A DNA stretch of 64,000 nt from Alphaproteobacteria bacterium (GTDB taxonomy: Bacteria > Pseudomonadota > Alphaproteobacteria > Bin95): assembly GCA_965205265.1 (NCBI GenBank), contig CBDBGH010000003.1, forward strand, positions 3,520,001 to 3,584,000, in the 5' to 3' direction. Under the pieces are notes generated by a model. It saw nothing but the letters and a program-made list of their open reading frames with translations, searched no databases and was not told where the DNA came from. How positions within the stretch are numbered: the stretch's first letter is position 1; each line of letters opens with the position of its first letter. Below are positions 10,559 through 20,799 of this stretch, piece after piece. A program made the position numbers and the translations under genes.

Positions 10559-12160
10559 ATGGCTGCGCTTGCGGAGATCGACCTTGAAACGCTGACACCC
10601 GAACAGCGGGAAGCGGCGGTGCAGGCGATCATGGCGCTGGAGACGCTTCGCACCGAGAACGAGGTGTTGACGGACCGCAATGAGGCGCAGTCCGAGCGCA
10701 TCCGCCGTCTCGAACACCTGGTGCGCGAGCTGCAGCGCGTTATCTACGGGAAAAGGTCGGAGAAGCTGACGGCGGACGAGCGCCAGCTGGCGTTCGAGGA
10801 CCTTGTTGCGGCGGCGGAAGAGATCGAGGAAGCGATCACGCCGGCCGATCCGGCGCCGGCCCAATCGCCGAAGCGTCCTCGCCCGGCGCGCAATCTCGGC
10901 CATTTGCCGGACCACCTGGAGCGGATCGAGCAGGTGATCGAGCCGGAGAGCACGCTCTGCCCCTGCGGCTGCGGGGAAATGGCGAAGATCGGCGAGGATC
11001 GCACGGAGCGCCTGGACATCGTGCCGGCGCAGTTGCGGGTGATCGTCACGGTGCGCCCGAAATACGCCTGCCGCCGGTGTGAGGAAGGCGTGACCCAGGC
11101 GCCGGCGCCGGCCCGGCTGATCGAAGGGGCGCTGCCGACCGAAGGCGCTATCGCGCATGTGCTGGTCTCGAAATACGCCGATCATTGTCCGTTGCACCGT
11201 CAGACGCAGATCTATGCCCGCTCAGGCCTCGATCTGGACCGCTCGACGCTGGCCGGCTGGGTCGGCAAGGCCTCGTTCCACCTCAGGCCGGTGGTTGACC
11301 GCCTGGCACGGCACCTGAAACGGTCGTCCAAGCTCTTCATGGATGAGACGCGGGCGCCGGTGCTCGATCCGGGCCGCGGCAGGACGAAGACCGGCTGGTT
11401 ATGGGCGCTGGCCCGCGACGACCGTTCCTGGGGCGGGCCCGATCCACCGGGCGTCGTCTACTTCTACGCCCCCGGGCGCGGCGGCGAACATGCGGAGCGC
11501 TTCCTTGATGGCTTCGACGGCATCCTGCAGGTCGATGGCTATGCCGGCTACAGCCGGCTGGCCGGACCGAGCCGCAAGGGCGGCGCGCCGCTGCGGCTGG
11601 CCTACTGTTGGGCCCATTGTCGGCGCCGGCTTCGCGAAATCCACGACAGCAGCGGCTCGGAAATCGCAGCCGAGGGCTTACGCCGGATCGCCGAACTCTA
11701 CGCCATCGAGGCCGATATACGCGGCAGCCCGCCGGAGCTGCGCCTCGCCGAACGGCAAACGCGCTCCGCGCCCCTGGTCGAGGCCTTCGGCGAATGGCTG
11801 ACGCAGCAGCGCGTCCGCGTCTCGCCCAAGTCCCGGCTCGGCGAAAAGCTCGCCTATATCGCCCGTCATTGGGACGGCCTCCGGATCTTCCTCGACGACG
11901 GCCGCGTCGAAATGGATAGCAATGCCGTCGAAAACAGCCTGCGGCCCGTGGTCCTTACACGGAAAAACGCCTTGTTCGCCGGTCACGACGACGGCGCCGC
12001 CGCCTGGGGACGCATAGCATCCCTCATCCAGACGGCGAAGTTGAACGAGGTCGAGCCACACGCCTGGCTCAAGGCCACACTCGAAGCCATCGCAGCCGGT
12101 CATCCCAATGACCGCCTCGATGAACTGCTTCCCTGGAACTTCAAGCCGTCGTCAAGCTGA
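10559..12160 (+). CDS. tnpC: IS66 transposase TnpC
   Basis: Coiled coil, GKRSEK, CPCGCG zinc finger, MDET, QVDGY, CWAH, DSNAVENSLR. Confidence 0.95.
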   Translation: MAALAEIDLETLTPEQREAAVQAIMALETLRTENEVLTDRNEAQSERIRRLEHLVRELQRVIYGKRSEKLTADERQLAFEDLVAAAEEIEEAITPADPAPAQSPKRPRPARNLGHLPDHLERIEQVIEPESTLCPCGCGEMAKIGEDRTERLDIVPAQLRVIVTVRPKYACRRCEEGVTQAPAPARLIEGALPTEGAIAHVLVSKYADHCPLHRQTQIYARSGLDLDRSTLAGWVGKASFHLRPVVDRLARHLKRSSKLFMDETRAPVLDPGRGRTKTGWLWALARDDRSWGGPDPPGVVYFYAPGRGGEHAERFLDGFDGILQVDGYAGYSRLAGPSRKGGAPLRLAYCWAHCRRRLREIHDSSGSEIAAEGLRRIAELYAIEADIRGSPPELRLAERQTRSAPLVEAFGEWLTQQRVRVSPKSRLGEKLAYIARHWDGLRIFLDDGRVEMDSNAVENSLRPVVLTRKNALFAGHDDGAAAWGRIASLIQTAKLNEVEPHAWLKATLEAIAAGHPNDRLDELLPWNFKPSSS

Positions 12161-12664
12161 AAGCCGGCTGCCTCGCCCGCACCGCATACGGTCGACAACC
12201 CGCGCTTCCTGATATTGCCATGGATCGCGGTCCCCAACCTCGGCTCGCACATCCTCGCCATCGTGCGACGACGCCTGCCCATCGACTGGACCGAGCGCTA
12301 CAACATCACCCCCGTGCTCATCGAGACCTTCGTCGAAACCCCGCGCGACACCGGCGCCGTCTACAACGCGTCGGGCTGGACCCGCGTCGGCGCCACACAA
12401 GGAAGAGGACGCTAAGACCGCAACAAGCTCTGCGACAAACCCAGAAAAGACATCTGGCTCCGGCCCCTCCGGCGCAATTGGCAGCGAACCCTCAATCGCT
12501 GATCAGTGTCGCGTTCCACGGCTTGCCCGAAGGCTTACGGATGGCATACGACAGACCTGCGCACGGCTTGGAAACAAAACGGTACCGATACGGTACCTGT
12601 AAAATTCCTTGCGGTTTGCCGGCAAAGAGAAAGCCCTCTATCCTGTTGAAATAGCGGGCTATTT

Positions 12665-12678
12665 TGGTTGCGGGGGCA
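12665..12678 (+). repeat. Distal att core: 14-bp copy of the tRNA-fMet 3' end
   Basis: TGGTTGCGGGGGCA is identical to 40382-40395 and is followed by an arm (12683-12700) that is the exact reverse complement of 40368-40385. Confidence 0.9.
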
Positions 12679-12836
12679 CGCTACCACCGAGACCGACATT
12701 TGATCGAGGTTCCGGTTTGACCAGCGATAACTCTCTGATTTACTGGAAGATCGTATGCCGTAGCAGCATTCAGCTCAATCAGGCGTTCTGACGCTACGCT
12801 GGCTTGGCCGAGCTCTACTGTCTGTAGGTCAAACGA

Positions 12837-13646
12837 TCAGCCCCCCTTTCTGGCCATTCTTCTTAGCCATTCCGACTCGTCGATCGCCACGCGACTCAGC
12901 GTTGTGGCCAAGGTTTGAGCAATCCGTTGAGCGTACTCGGCCTTGAGTTCACCTCGCCACCTGTACTGCTTGTCACAGATACCCGTGAACTCGAATCCGC
13001 CATCTGGGTCCCGCTTTGTTGCGGTTACGGTACCGCTTCCCACCGATGGCTTGAATTTTCGAAGAACCCATCCGCCTGGGTCACGTTCGATACCCAGTCG
13101 CTCATATGCGTCATCAACGCTTACGACGATTTGTTCCATTCCTGCGGCTGGATCTACCAGAGGCAGGAAAAAGAACACTGTCTCCTCATCCAACCTCACG
13201 CAATCGCATCAAGGCCTCATGCAGATCAGATGCTGTTCACTGTCCGCTTGAAATGCCGTAACAACGGTGCCCAGCCACAACGTCGGCGGCGGCGCGTTGT
13301 ACACCGTCCGAAAGCTCATAGTCCAAGCCAACTGTGCGTCAAGGCCGACGCCATTTTGGCCGGAGAAACCGGCGGAGAGACCTTCGTAGGCGCTATTTCT
13401 CAACACACTCGCTGCCAGACCCTTGTTCGCCAAAGTAATGGTCTGCTCCAGATCGAGGTTTCTGTCGCCGAACGCGAATGTCACGGCTCCATCGCCTTTG
13501 CGTCGTATCCAACTCTCGACTGCTTCAGCGCCTGCAGGAGATGCTTCCGCAACAGAGTTGTACATCAGTCCTCTAAGCTCTTCGGCCACATGGTTTACGA
13601 TCTGCCGTTCCGCATCTTGGGGATCGGATAGACATGCTCTGTGGGG
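12837..13646 (-). pseudogene. C-terminal remnant of a 'response regulator receiver-like' protein of the type found in defence/RM loci
   Basis: LWLGTVV...LICMRP*CDCVRL...YRWRGELKAEYAQRIA...LSRVAIDESEWLRR; in-frame TGA at 13209-13211; 5' end cut by ISKra4; lower GC. Confidence 0.55.
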
Positions 13647-13695
13647 GAGTGAGTCTCATATGGCGGGACGTTTTGTCGTGCTGAGTTGAGCTTTT

Positions 13696-15081
13696 TCAGG
13701 CCGCGAGGCCGTTTTGGCAGCCTATGCGGCTGTGGTTGTCATTTGCGGCGGGTGTGCTGTGCGCAGCGGTGAACATGGCCTCCCAGGCGCTTTCGAAGCG
13801 TCCGGACTTTATGAGGGCGCGGAAGGTGAGGACGGCCTGGCCGCCGCGGATGCGCCCTCGCATGCCGGATCGCTTCATGCGCTGTGTGATGAGCATTTTG
13901 TTTGCGGCTTCGACAACGCCGGACCCGATGGCGAGGCGCTTTTCCTTCAGCGCGTGGTAGCGCATGCGTTTTCGGTTTTTGCGGAAGAAGGCGAGTTCGC
14001 GCTGGACCTCGGCCTTGCCCGCTCGGTGGGCGGTGTCGTGCAGGTAGCGCAAGGCGCGGATGACCTTCTCCACCCCGTCGGGATCGTGGCGGAGGATGTC
14101 GCGATATGTCTCGAACCACCGGGGGTTGCGCGCGTGGTCGGACGCGGCTGCGAGATGTTGGCACGGGTGCCAATAGTCGACGGCCTGCTCGGTAGGCGAG
14201 AGGCTTTCTAGGAAGGTCCAGTTGTCGGGGGCGCCGTCGGCAAGCGCGATGATCGCAATGTCGGGACGGGAAGCCTGTATGTGGGCGACCTCGGCCCGGA
14301 GCCGGGCTTTCAAGCCGACCTTTCCGCTTTCCGGCATGCGGCCCAGCCAGGTCGTGCGCAGCCGCTTGCCGTCGCTGTCGTGGAAGGAGACCGTGCCGCA
14401 GGACGCCTCGCGCCAGCAGGCATCGGCGCGTCCGTCCTCGCCGGCCCGCAGCGGCACCATGATGCCGTCGAGCGAGACCGCCGCCGCCGGTATGCCCTCC
14501 GCAACCCGGATCTCCTCAAGCGCCGCTTCGCCGACCGTCTCCCAGCGCTCATGCGCCGCCCCGACCAGACGCTGAAGCGTGCTCGCCGACGGCGTCATGA
14601 TGCCGACCTTGCCGAAGAAGGCTTCCGCTTCCCGGGCCGTACAATGGCCCATCAGCCACACGCCGAGATGCGCCGCCCTCCGGGTCAGGCTGCCGTTCAC
14701 CAGCCCCAAGCTCTCGTCCACCGGCACGATCAAGGCCGACACGCCGTCGCGACGGTAACGCGGGCGCCGATACTCCACCGCGCCCACAGACGTCATCACC
14801 GTCCGGGCGGTCTCCTCCACCCGATACCAGACATGCCCGTCCCGCTCCAGGCGCCGCGCCCCGTCATCCCGGCTCTCGATCACCCCGCGCAGCACAAGGC
14901 AGCAGACATCCTTCATCGCAGCCAGCGCATCACACTCCGCCGCTTCCAGGGCCTCGGGGCCTTCACCGCCGCCGACATGATCCTCGAACAGCCCCAATAC
15001 CCGCTTCACCGCCGCCGCTGCGGCCTCCGGCAGTTCCGAAAGAATGATGGACGAAGACAGGCAAGGCTGGGACACTGGCAT
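13696..15081 (-). CDS. ISKra4-family (UPF0236-like) transposase; element ~13647-15294
   Basis: SLDG, ADGAPDNW, DYWHPCQHL, IGSGVVEAANK, RMKRSGMR. Confidence 0.85.
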   Translation of the reverse strand: MPVSQPCLSSSIILSELPEAAAAAVKRVLGLFEDHVGGGEGPEALEAAECDALAAMKDVCCLVLRGVIESRDDGARRLERDGHVWYRVEETARTVMTSVGAVEYRRPRYRRDGVSALIVPVDESLGLVNGSLTRRAAHLGVWLMGHCTAREAEAFFGKVGIMTPSASTLQRLVGAAHERWETVGEAALEEIRVAEGIPAAAVSLDGIMVPLRAGEDGRADACWREASCGTVSFHDSDGKRLRTTWLGRMPESGKVGLKARLRAEVAHIQASRPDIAIIALADGAPDNWTFLESLSPTEQAVDYWHPCQHLAAASDHARNPRWFETYRDILRHDPDGVEKVIRALRYLHDTAHRAGKAEVQRELAFFRKNRKRMRYHALKEKRLAIGSGVVEAANKMLITQRMKRSGMRGRIRGGQAVLTFRALIKSGRFESAWEAMFTAAHSTPAANDNHSRIGCQNGLAA

Positions 15082-15294
15082 GGGGACGCTCCCGATGGGA
15101 CTTTCAGCGGTTGAACATCACTCCGCTTCCGGCGGAGCGGAGCGTTCCCGCCTTACCCCATCATCTCCCCCGCCGCGCAGCAAAATCCCCGCCCTCAGAC
15201 GAAGATTGTCACCAAATCCACAAATCCGCCGCAACCGCAAAGACTAAATCGTTGAAATCACGCACTTCCTATCCGACATCCGAGAACTGCACCC

Positions 15295-15410
15295 AAGGTG
15301 GGAGCCTTGGATTGGGGGGTGTTATGGGAGCTGCGCTTCCATTGCGTGAAGATTTCGATGCGGATGATCTGCGTCGTGTTGCGAAGTGGAGCCGGGACGG
15401 GTCGCAGAGC
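15295..15410 (+). pseudogene. IS630 transposase N-terminal fragment
   Basis: MGAALPLREDFDADDLRRVAKWSRDGSQS, similar to the N-terminus of the IS630 ORF near 20980. Confidence 0.6.
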
Positions 15411-16095
15411 CATCATGCCTTCCACGACCCCATCCGATCGCGAAAACCTCCATGACCCGTCTCCCCAGCAAACGCCCTGCCTGTCGAACCCCTGCCGCAA
15501 CAAGGCGGCGGTTCACCTCGCGAAGCAGATCGTGGCGCGCGCCGGGCGGCGCGATGAACGCACACCCCTTCTCGCGCCCGGCATCATGCACGCCGACAAC
15601 ATGGAAACGGTCCAGCCAGTCCCGGACCGACCGCGCCGAGGGAAAGCACCGCTCACGTCCGCCTCGGAACCGACGCGCGATCGAACCCCGCGAGACACCG
15701 AACAGACGCGGCTCGAAGCGGCGCACCAGCGCGCAAAGCCCACGGTCCGCCTCCAGACGGTCAATGTCCGACACACGGTCGAACCCGGCCACGTTCAGAA
15801 GCAGAACCGCCAGCATCATCTGACCGTCGCTCCAGCCCTGCGACCGGCCGCCTCCCGCCTCCGGCAGAGCCGCCAGAACCCGCCTCGAAGCCAGCAACTC
15901 CAGAAGCACCACAACACCGCCCAGCGCCGTCGAAGCCGGCCCGGCAACCGCAACTTCAAGCTTGACCGGCGAACGATAACGCGGAACCGTTTTCTTCACC
16001 CGGTTGGTGACGCCCAAAGCGGCGGGTTGTTGGCACAACCCATTGTAAAAAAGGCCCAGCCAGGGCCTCAATCCTTTTCTGTTCGCCGATCTGGG
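15411..16095 (-). pseudogene. IS1380-family transposase 5' fragment
   Basis: TALGG, GWSDGQ, AGFDRVSDIDRLEADRGL, FPSARSVRDWL; candidate end CCCAGATCGGC near 16095. Confidence 0.6.
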
Positions 16096-16169
16096 CAAAC
16101 TGTGCAGGCTTGCCCTCTGACGCAAACAGACAAGCGGACAAGGCCGGACAGACATGATAGGGTCCTTCC

Positions 16170-16532
16170 ATGCTTGAGCAGATCGCCCCCTGGATCACCC
16201 TGGCCATCGTCCTGGTCGTCTTCGCTTGGCTGTTGAAGGACAACCGCGATCTGCGCCGCGACATGGGCGAAGACCAGAGCGGTCTGCGCCGGGGCCTGAC
16301 CGCCCGCTTGGACGGGCTGGATGAGCGGATCCAGGCGGCCGAGACCGGTCTGGCGGAGTTACGGGGGCGCCCAGACGGCATGGACAGCCAGTTCGCATTT
16401 CTTCGCGACACATCACCGGCGAGAACGTCCGCGGGCGCAGGCCTACGGAGGCCGGTGCGGACGAGTGACCTCCTGCCGGTGCCGGGATGCCCGGCTTTCC
16501 TGCCGCGGCCCTGGGGTCGAGTCTTTGCGTGA
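16170..16532 (+). CDS. Small membrane-anchored coiled-coil protein (3' end possibly degenerate)
   Basis: N-terminal TM helix followed by heptad-like LTARLDGLDERIQAAETGLAEL. Confidence 0.4.
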   Translation: MLEQIAPWITLAIVLVVFAWLLKDNRDLRRDMGEDQSGLRRGLTARLDGLDERIQAAETGLAELRGRPDGMDSQFAFLRDTSPARTSAGAGLRRPVRTSDLLPVPGCPAFLPRPWGRVFA

Positions 16533-16847
16533 GGCGCGGCAGGGCAAAGCTCGCGACAGCTGTCGCTCTAACCGGCCGTCCCGGGGGGCGAACGCGGGCT
16601 CGTCGGCGGGACAGCTTCACGGCAGCATACTGCCGCTTGCAGCGATCACGCCGGGTTCCACCGGCGTCGTGACAACATTGGCCGCTCGCATTCTACAGCG
16701 TGCCGGCGCTCGAATCGCGCCACAGTAGATGACGCGGGCAAACAGGCCGGTCCGCGATCGGAGCGCAGGCGCGCGGGCGGCAGGGATCGAAGGAGACGCT
16801 CGCCTTGACCTCCTGCCGCCCTGTGGAGTTCGGAACCGGCCGCCGCT

Positions 16848-19800
16848 TTGCGTGCGCACCGGGCAGCCGGCAGGCATACGCTACGTCTTGCGGGGCGGCC
16901 GCCATTGTTCGATAGGCAGGACGTCCGCCGCGCCATCGGCGAGCCCGCCTTCTCGCGGGGGCTGGATTATTTCCTGCGCGGCATGGTGCGCTCGCTTGAG
17001 TCCGACGGGCCCACGCGGCTTCGCGGGTGGGTGTCCGGCAGCCGGGCGGCGGACTATTCGGTCTCGGCGATCCTGTCCTTGCGGGACAACGGCCGACCGC
17101 CCCGGGTGGAAGGCTGCTGCTCCTGTCCGGTGGGCCACAACTGCAAGCATGTCGTCGCCCTGCTTCTGGCTGCATGCGAAGGCCGGCAGTCCCGGTCGGG
17201 CGCGCCGGACCGGGCGCCTCCCTTGCCGCAGGACGTCCGGCGCTGGCTCGACCTCTGGCCGGGACGGAGCGGCAAGGCGGCGAAGGTCCGGGCGCCGGGC
17301 CCGCCCTTGCCGGGGCAGGATCATCTGTTCTATGTCATCCGCCGCGACGCGATGCGCGGCATGTGCATCGATCCTTACCGGGCCTATCTGAAGAAGGACG
17401 GCAGGATCGGCAGCAATTTCCGGCCCTTCGACCGGCGCTCGACATGGGCGCGGGAGAACCTGACCGTGCAGGACGCCGGGCTTCTCGGCAAGCTCGCCTT
17501 CTTTTCCGGAGACGGCTACGAGCCCCGCCATGACTGGCCGGAGGGCGATGTGCTGGTGGGTCTGGTGCGCGAGATCGTCGAGACGGGCCGCGCGCGCCTC
17601 GGCGCCATCCACGGCATGGCGCTTCTATGGGGACGGCCGCGGGCGGTGGAGTTCTTCTGGGAGTTGGACGAGGCGGGCGCGCAGCGACTTGAGGCGCGCG
17701 ACGCCGCCGGAGCCGCCGTAACGCTGCTGCCGTTCCCGGCGCCGTTTTTCGTGGATGCCGAAACCGGCGAGACGGGTGCCGCCGAGACAACGCTTCCACC
17801 GGACATGGCCGCCTGGTTCGCGACCGCGCCGCCGGTGCCGCGCGAGGCGGTCGATGCGGTTGACTCGAAGCTGTCGCGGGTGGACCAGCGCGCACCGGTT
17901 CCCCGGCTGCACCGGGTGGAGGAGCGCATCGATGTGGTGCCCGAGCCTGTGCTGGTTCTCTACGCCCGCGAGCGCAATCTCACCCGGTGGGAAGCGGGCG
18001 AATACGGCGCGGAGCCCGGCAGGGACCTATCGGCGGTCTGGCCGTTCGCGCGCCTGGAAATCGCCTATGCGGGTGTTGAACGGCGGATCCGGCCGGGCGA
18101 GAGCGGCGATCTCAGGCTTCCAGGCGAAGGTGCGGCCGTCATCCGGCGCGACCACGCACGAGAAGCTGCATACCAGCAGCGTCTCGGTGAGATTGCCGGC
18201 CGGTTTCGCTACGACATACGTCAATTGCGATATGCGGAGCACGATCCGCCGAGCGAAGTCTATGACGCGGATGTGGTCTTCCCGCCCCTGAGAAAATCGG
18301 ACGGGAATGACGGCTCCACATCGGGTCTTTCCTTCCAGGTGCAGGCAGTGCCCGCGCTGCGCTCCCAAGGCTGGCGCGTCGAGATCGACCGCACATGGCC
18401 GTTTCGCCTGCACGAGGGGCCGGTAGGGTTCTCGACGTCGCTGGAGGACACGGAGAACGACTGGTTCTCGCTTCGCCTTTTCATGGAAGCGAACGGGCAA
18501 AGCTTCGACATTGCGCCGATCGTCCAGCAGATCGTCGCGGAACTCCCCGTCGACGAATGGGGACAGCTGGTGGCGGGTTTCGACACGGACAAGCATCTTT
18601 CGGGTCGTACCTTCCATGCGCGGCTCGAGGACGGAAGCTTTCTTGCGCTCGACGGTTCGCGCTTTGCGCGCTTCGCCGAGGCGTTCCTGGAGGCGCAGGG
18701 ACTGCTCGGCTTCCATCGCGCCGAAGCGGGCCGCCTGTCCGCGCTTGCCGAGGCGCTGGAGGGCTGCGGCGCGCCCTGGACCGGAGGCCGCGCACTGCTC
18801 GAACTCGGTGCCCGCCTCAGATTGCTTGCCAAGGCGCCGGACATGGCGGCGCCCGCGACGCTGCGGGGCGAATTGCGTCCCTACCAGCGCATGGGCTGGG
18901 CCTGGTTGAAGGCGCTTTCGGAAACCGGCTTCGGCGGCGTTCTGGCCGACGACATGGGTCTCGGCAAGACCGTGCAGGCACTGGCGCTGCTGGCCTGGCG
19001 TCATCTGGAGGCGAAGGTCGATCGCCCGAGCCTGCTGGTCGTGCCGACCAGCCTGGTCGGCAACTGGAAGCGGGAGGCTGCCCGTTTCGTTCCCGATCTG
19101 AAACTGCTGGTCCTGCACGGCCCCGACCGGCGGGCGCATTTTGCGGATATCGCCGGCGCGCATCTCGTCGTCACCACCTATCCGCTGCTCAACCGCGATG
19201 GCGCGGCGCTGCTCGGCCATCGCTACGACACTGCCATGCTCGACGAAGCGCACACGGTGAAGAACCCGGCCGCCGGCGTGGCGAAACGCATTCGGGAGAT
19301 CGACGCCCGGCACCGGCTGGCGCTGACCGGCACGCCGCTGGAGAACAATCTCCAGGAACTGTGGGCGCTCTATGACTGGCTGATCCCGGGCCTGCTCGGC
19401 AATCGCAAATCCTTCGCAAGGAGCTACCGCACGCCGATCGAGAAGAAAGGCGACCGCGCGAGGCAGCGCCTGCTGGCCGCCCGCATCGGGCCCTTCCTGA
19501 TGCGGCGCACAAAGGAAGAGGTCGCCCCGGAACTGCCGAAGAAGACGGTGATCGACGAGCTTGTCCCGTTCGAGGGCGCCCAGGCGGCGCTTTACGAGAG
19601 CATCCGCATGGCGATGGACAGGAAGGTCCGCGAGGCGATCGCGGCGCGGGGGCTTTCAGCCTCGCGCATCGCGATCCTCGATGCGCTGCTGAAACTGCGC
19701 CAGGTCTGCTGCGACCCACGCTTGGTCAAGCTCGACGCCGCGCGCAGGGTGACAGAGAGCGCCAAGCGGGTCAGGCTGCTCGCGCTGCTCGAAGAGCTGG

Positions 19801-20267
19801 TTGCGGAAAACCGCAGGGTGCTGGTCTTCTCCCAGTTCGTGGAAATGCTGAAGCTCATTGAGGCCGATGTCGCCGCGCGCGGCTGGGGCTACGCCATGCT
19901 GCATGGCGGCACGAGGGACCGGGACGGGCAGATCGCGGCGTTCCAGTCGGGGACGCTGCCGCTTTTTCTCGTCAGCCTGAAGGCGGGCGGCGCGGGCCTC
20001 AACCTCACCGCCGCCGACACGGTGATTGTCTATGACCCCTGGTGGAACCCGTCGGTGGAGCGCCAGGCGATGGATCGGGCGCACCGCATCGGGCAAGACA
20101 AGCCGGTGTTCGTGCATCGGCTGATCGCGGAGAACACCGTCGAGGCCGCCATCCAGGCAATGCAGGCGCGCAAGCAGGCGCTTGCCGACGCCCTGTTCGA
20201 GGGTGCAGGCGGGGGACCGCTGGCGCTCACCGAACAGGACATGGCGGCGCTGTTCGGGACCGGATGA
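16848..20267 (+). CDS. SWIM zinc finger + SNF2-family helicase/ATPase
   Basis: CSCPVGHNCKH; LADDMGLGKT, LDEAH, LTGTPLEN, LVFSQF, SLKAGGAGLNL, DPWWNP...QAMDRAHRIGQ; true start possibly TTG at 16905. Confidence 0.92.
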   Translation: MRAHRAAGRHTLRLAGRPPLFDRQDVRRAIGEPAFSRGLDYFLRGMVRSLESDGPTRLRGWVSGSRAADYSVSAILSLRDNGRPPRVEGCCSCPVGHNCKHVVALLLAACEGRQSRSGAPDRAPPLPQDVRRWLDLWPGRSGKAAKVRAPGPPLPGQDHLFYVIRRDAMRGMCIDPYRAYLKKDGRIGSNFRPFDRRSTWARENLTVQDAGLLGKLAFFSGDGYEPRHDWPEGDVLVGLVREIVETGRARLGAIHGMALLWGRPRAVEFFWELDEAGAQRLEARDAAGAAVTLLPFPAPFFVDAETGETGAAETTLPPDMAAWFATAPPVPREAVDAVDSKLSRVDQRAPVPRLHRVEERIDVVPEPVLVLYARERNLTRWEAGEYGAEPGRDLSAVWPFARLEIAYAGVERRIRPGESGDLRLPGEGAAVIRRDHAREAAYQQRLGEIAGRFRYDIRQLRYAEHDPPSEVYDADVVFPPLRKSDGNDGSTSGLSFQVQAVPALRSQGWRVEIDRTWPFRLHEGPVGFSTSLEDTENDWFSLRLFMEANGQSFDIAPIVQQIVAELPVDEWGQLVAGFDTDKHLSGRTFHARLEDGSFLALDGSRFARFAEAFLEAQGLLGFHRAEAGRLSALAEALEGCGAPWTGGRALLELGARLRLLAKAPDMAAPATLRGELRPYQRMGWAWLKALSETGFGGVLADDMGLGKTVQALALLAWRHLEAKVDRPSLLVVPTSLVGNWKREAARFVPDLKLLVLHGPDRRAHFADIAGAHLVVTTYPLLNRDGAALLGHRYDTAMLDEAHTVKNPAAGVAKRIREIDARHRLALTGTPLENNLQELWALYDWLIPGLLGNRKSFARSYRTPIEKKGDRARQRLLAARIGPFLMRRTKEEVAPELPKKTVIDELVPFEGAQAALYESIRMAMDRKVREAIAARGLSASRIAILDALLKLRQVCCDPRLVKLDAARRVTESAKRVRLLALLEELVAENRRVLVFSQFVEMLKLIEADVAARGWGYAMLHGGTRDRDGQIAAFQSGTLPLFLVSLKAGGAGLNLTAADTVIVYDPWWNPSVERQAMDRAHRIGQDKPVFVHRLIAENTVEAAIQAMQARKQALADALFEGAGGGPLALTEQDMAALFGTG

Positions 20268-20371
20268 CCGGGCATGGCGCTCTGAACGCACCCTGAAAGG
20301 GACAGCGGCTGGCGTGCGGATCGTTATTGGCGGTGTTGGTGGGCCTGTAGACGTGCGCTCACCGGATAATG

Positions 20372-20775
20372 TCAATCGGCGTCGGTCATGAAGCGGCGCA
20401 GCAGGCTTCGCCAGTCCAGCGCGGATGCATGGGCGGCGCGCACGGTCTCCTCGACGGCGCCGGGCATCCGGCCTTCGGCCCTGGCGAGGCTGGCGACCTG
20501 GTGCATGGCCTCGTCCCACGCCTGCTCCTCGGCGGCGAGAGCGCTCGGCGACGGGCCGGAGGCGTGGTCGTCCCCGTCGTCTCCGCCCCGGCCGGCAGGG
20601 GCATCCATGACCTCGCCGGTGCCGGCGGGATCGCAACTCGCCGGTGCATCGCCGGCGCCATCCTGTCCGGGTTCGCCCCGGCCGACAGGATCGCCGGCGT
20701 TGCCGCTATCGCCGTTGCCGGGCGGAGTGTCGTCCTCACCGGCGCTGCCGCCATCGCCGGACCCATCCGGTTCGG
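20372..20775 (-). pseudogene. Fragment of a DUF2201-type (metallopeptidase/VWA) protein
   Basis: Low-complexity G/D linker, GEVMDAP, AEGRMPG, LDWRSLLRRFM; truncated at both ends. Confidence 0.55.
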
Positions 20776-20799
20776 GTTACCGCGTCCCGTTCGCTCGGG

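Larger units (their letters stand above)
9679..12189 (+). mobile_element. IS66-family element (IS66-c), apparently intact
   Basis: Imperfect IRs GTAAGCGATGCGG / CCGCACCGCATAC; 8-bp TSD GGTCGACA at 9671-9678 and 12190-12197; tnpA-tnpB-tnpC. Confidence 0.95.
9102..12502 (+). pseudogene. DUF4338 / DruA-like protein split by IS66-c, with an internal TAA
   Basis: LGYKPLVGAQMRY, AAWKLAPRDNFIGW, VVD|NPRFLILPW, LIETFVE, ASGWTRVGATQGRG; resumes in frame at 12198; stop at 12413-12415. Confidence 0.85.
8770..12538 (+). mobile_element. Right-hand remnant of an IS66-type element carrying a DUF4338 passenger gene (IS66-b)
   Basis: TnpC C-terminus at ~8770-9105 (PLTNNLVERILR...FGSDS) overlaps the DUF4338 start; terminal ...GGCTTAC (rc GTAAGCC) at 12538. 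Confidence 0.7.

Noticed and set aside
9102-12502. Functional Druantia system
   Set aside because: Only a disrupted DUF4338 gene is present; there is no DruE-type partner, and the helicase at 16.8 kb is SWIM-SNF2.
3000-12538. Composite transposon that moved as one unit
   Set aside because: The flanks (GAAGGTCC vs GGATGGCA) are not a target duplication.
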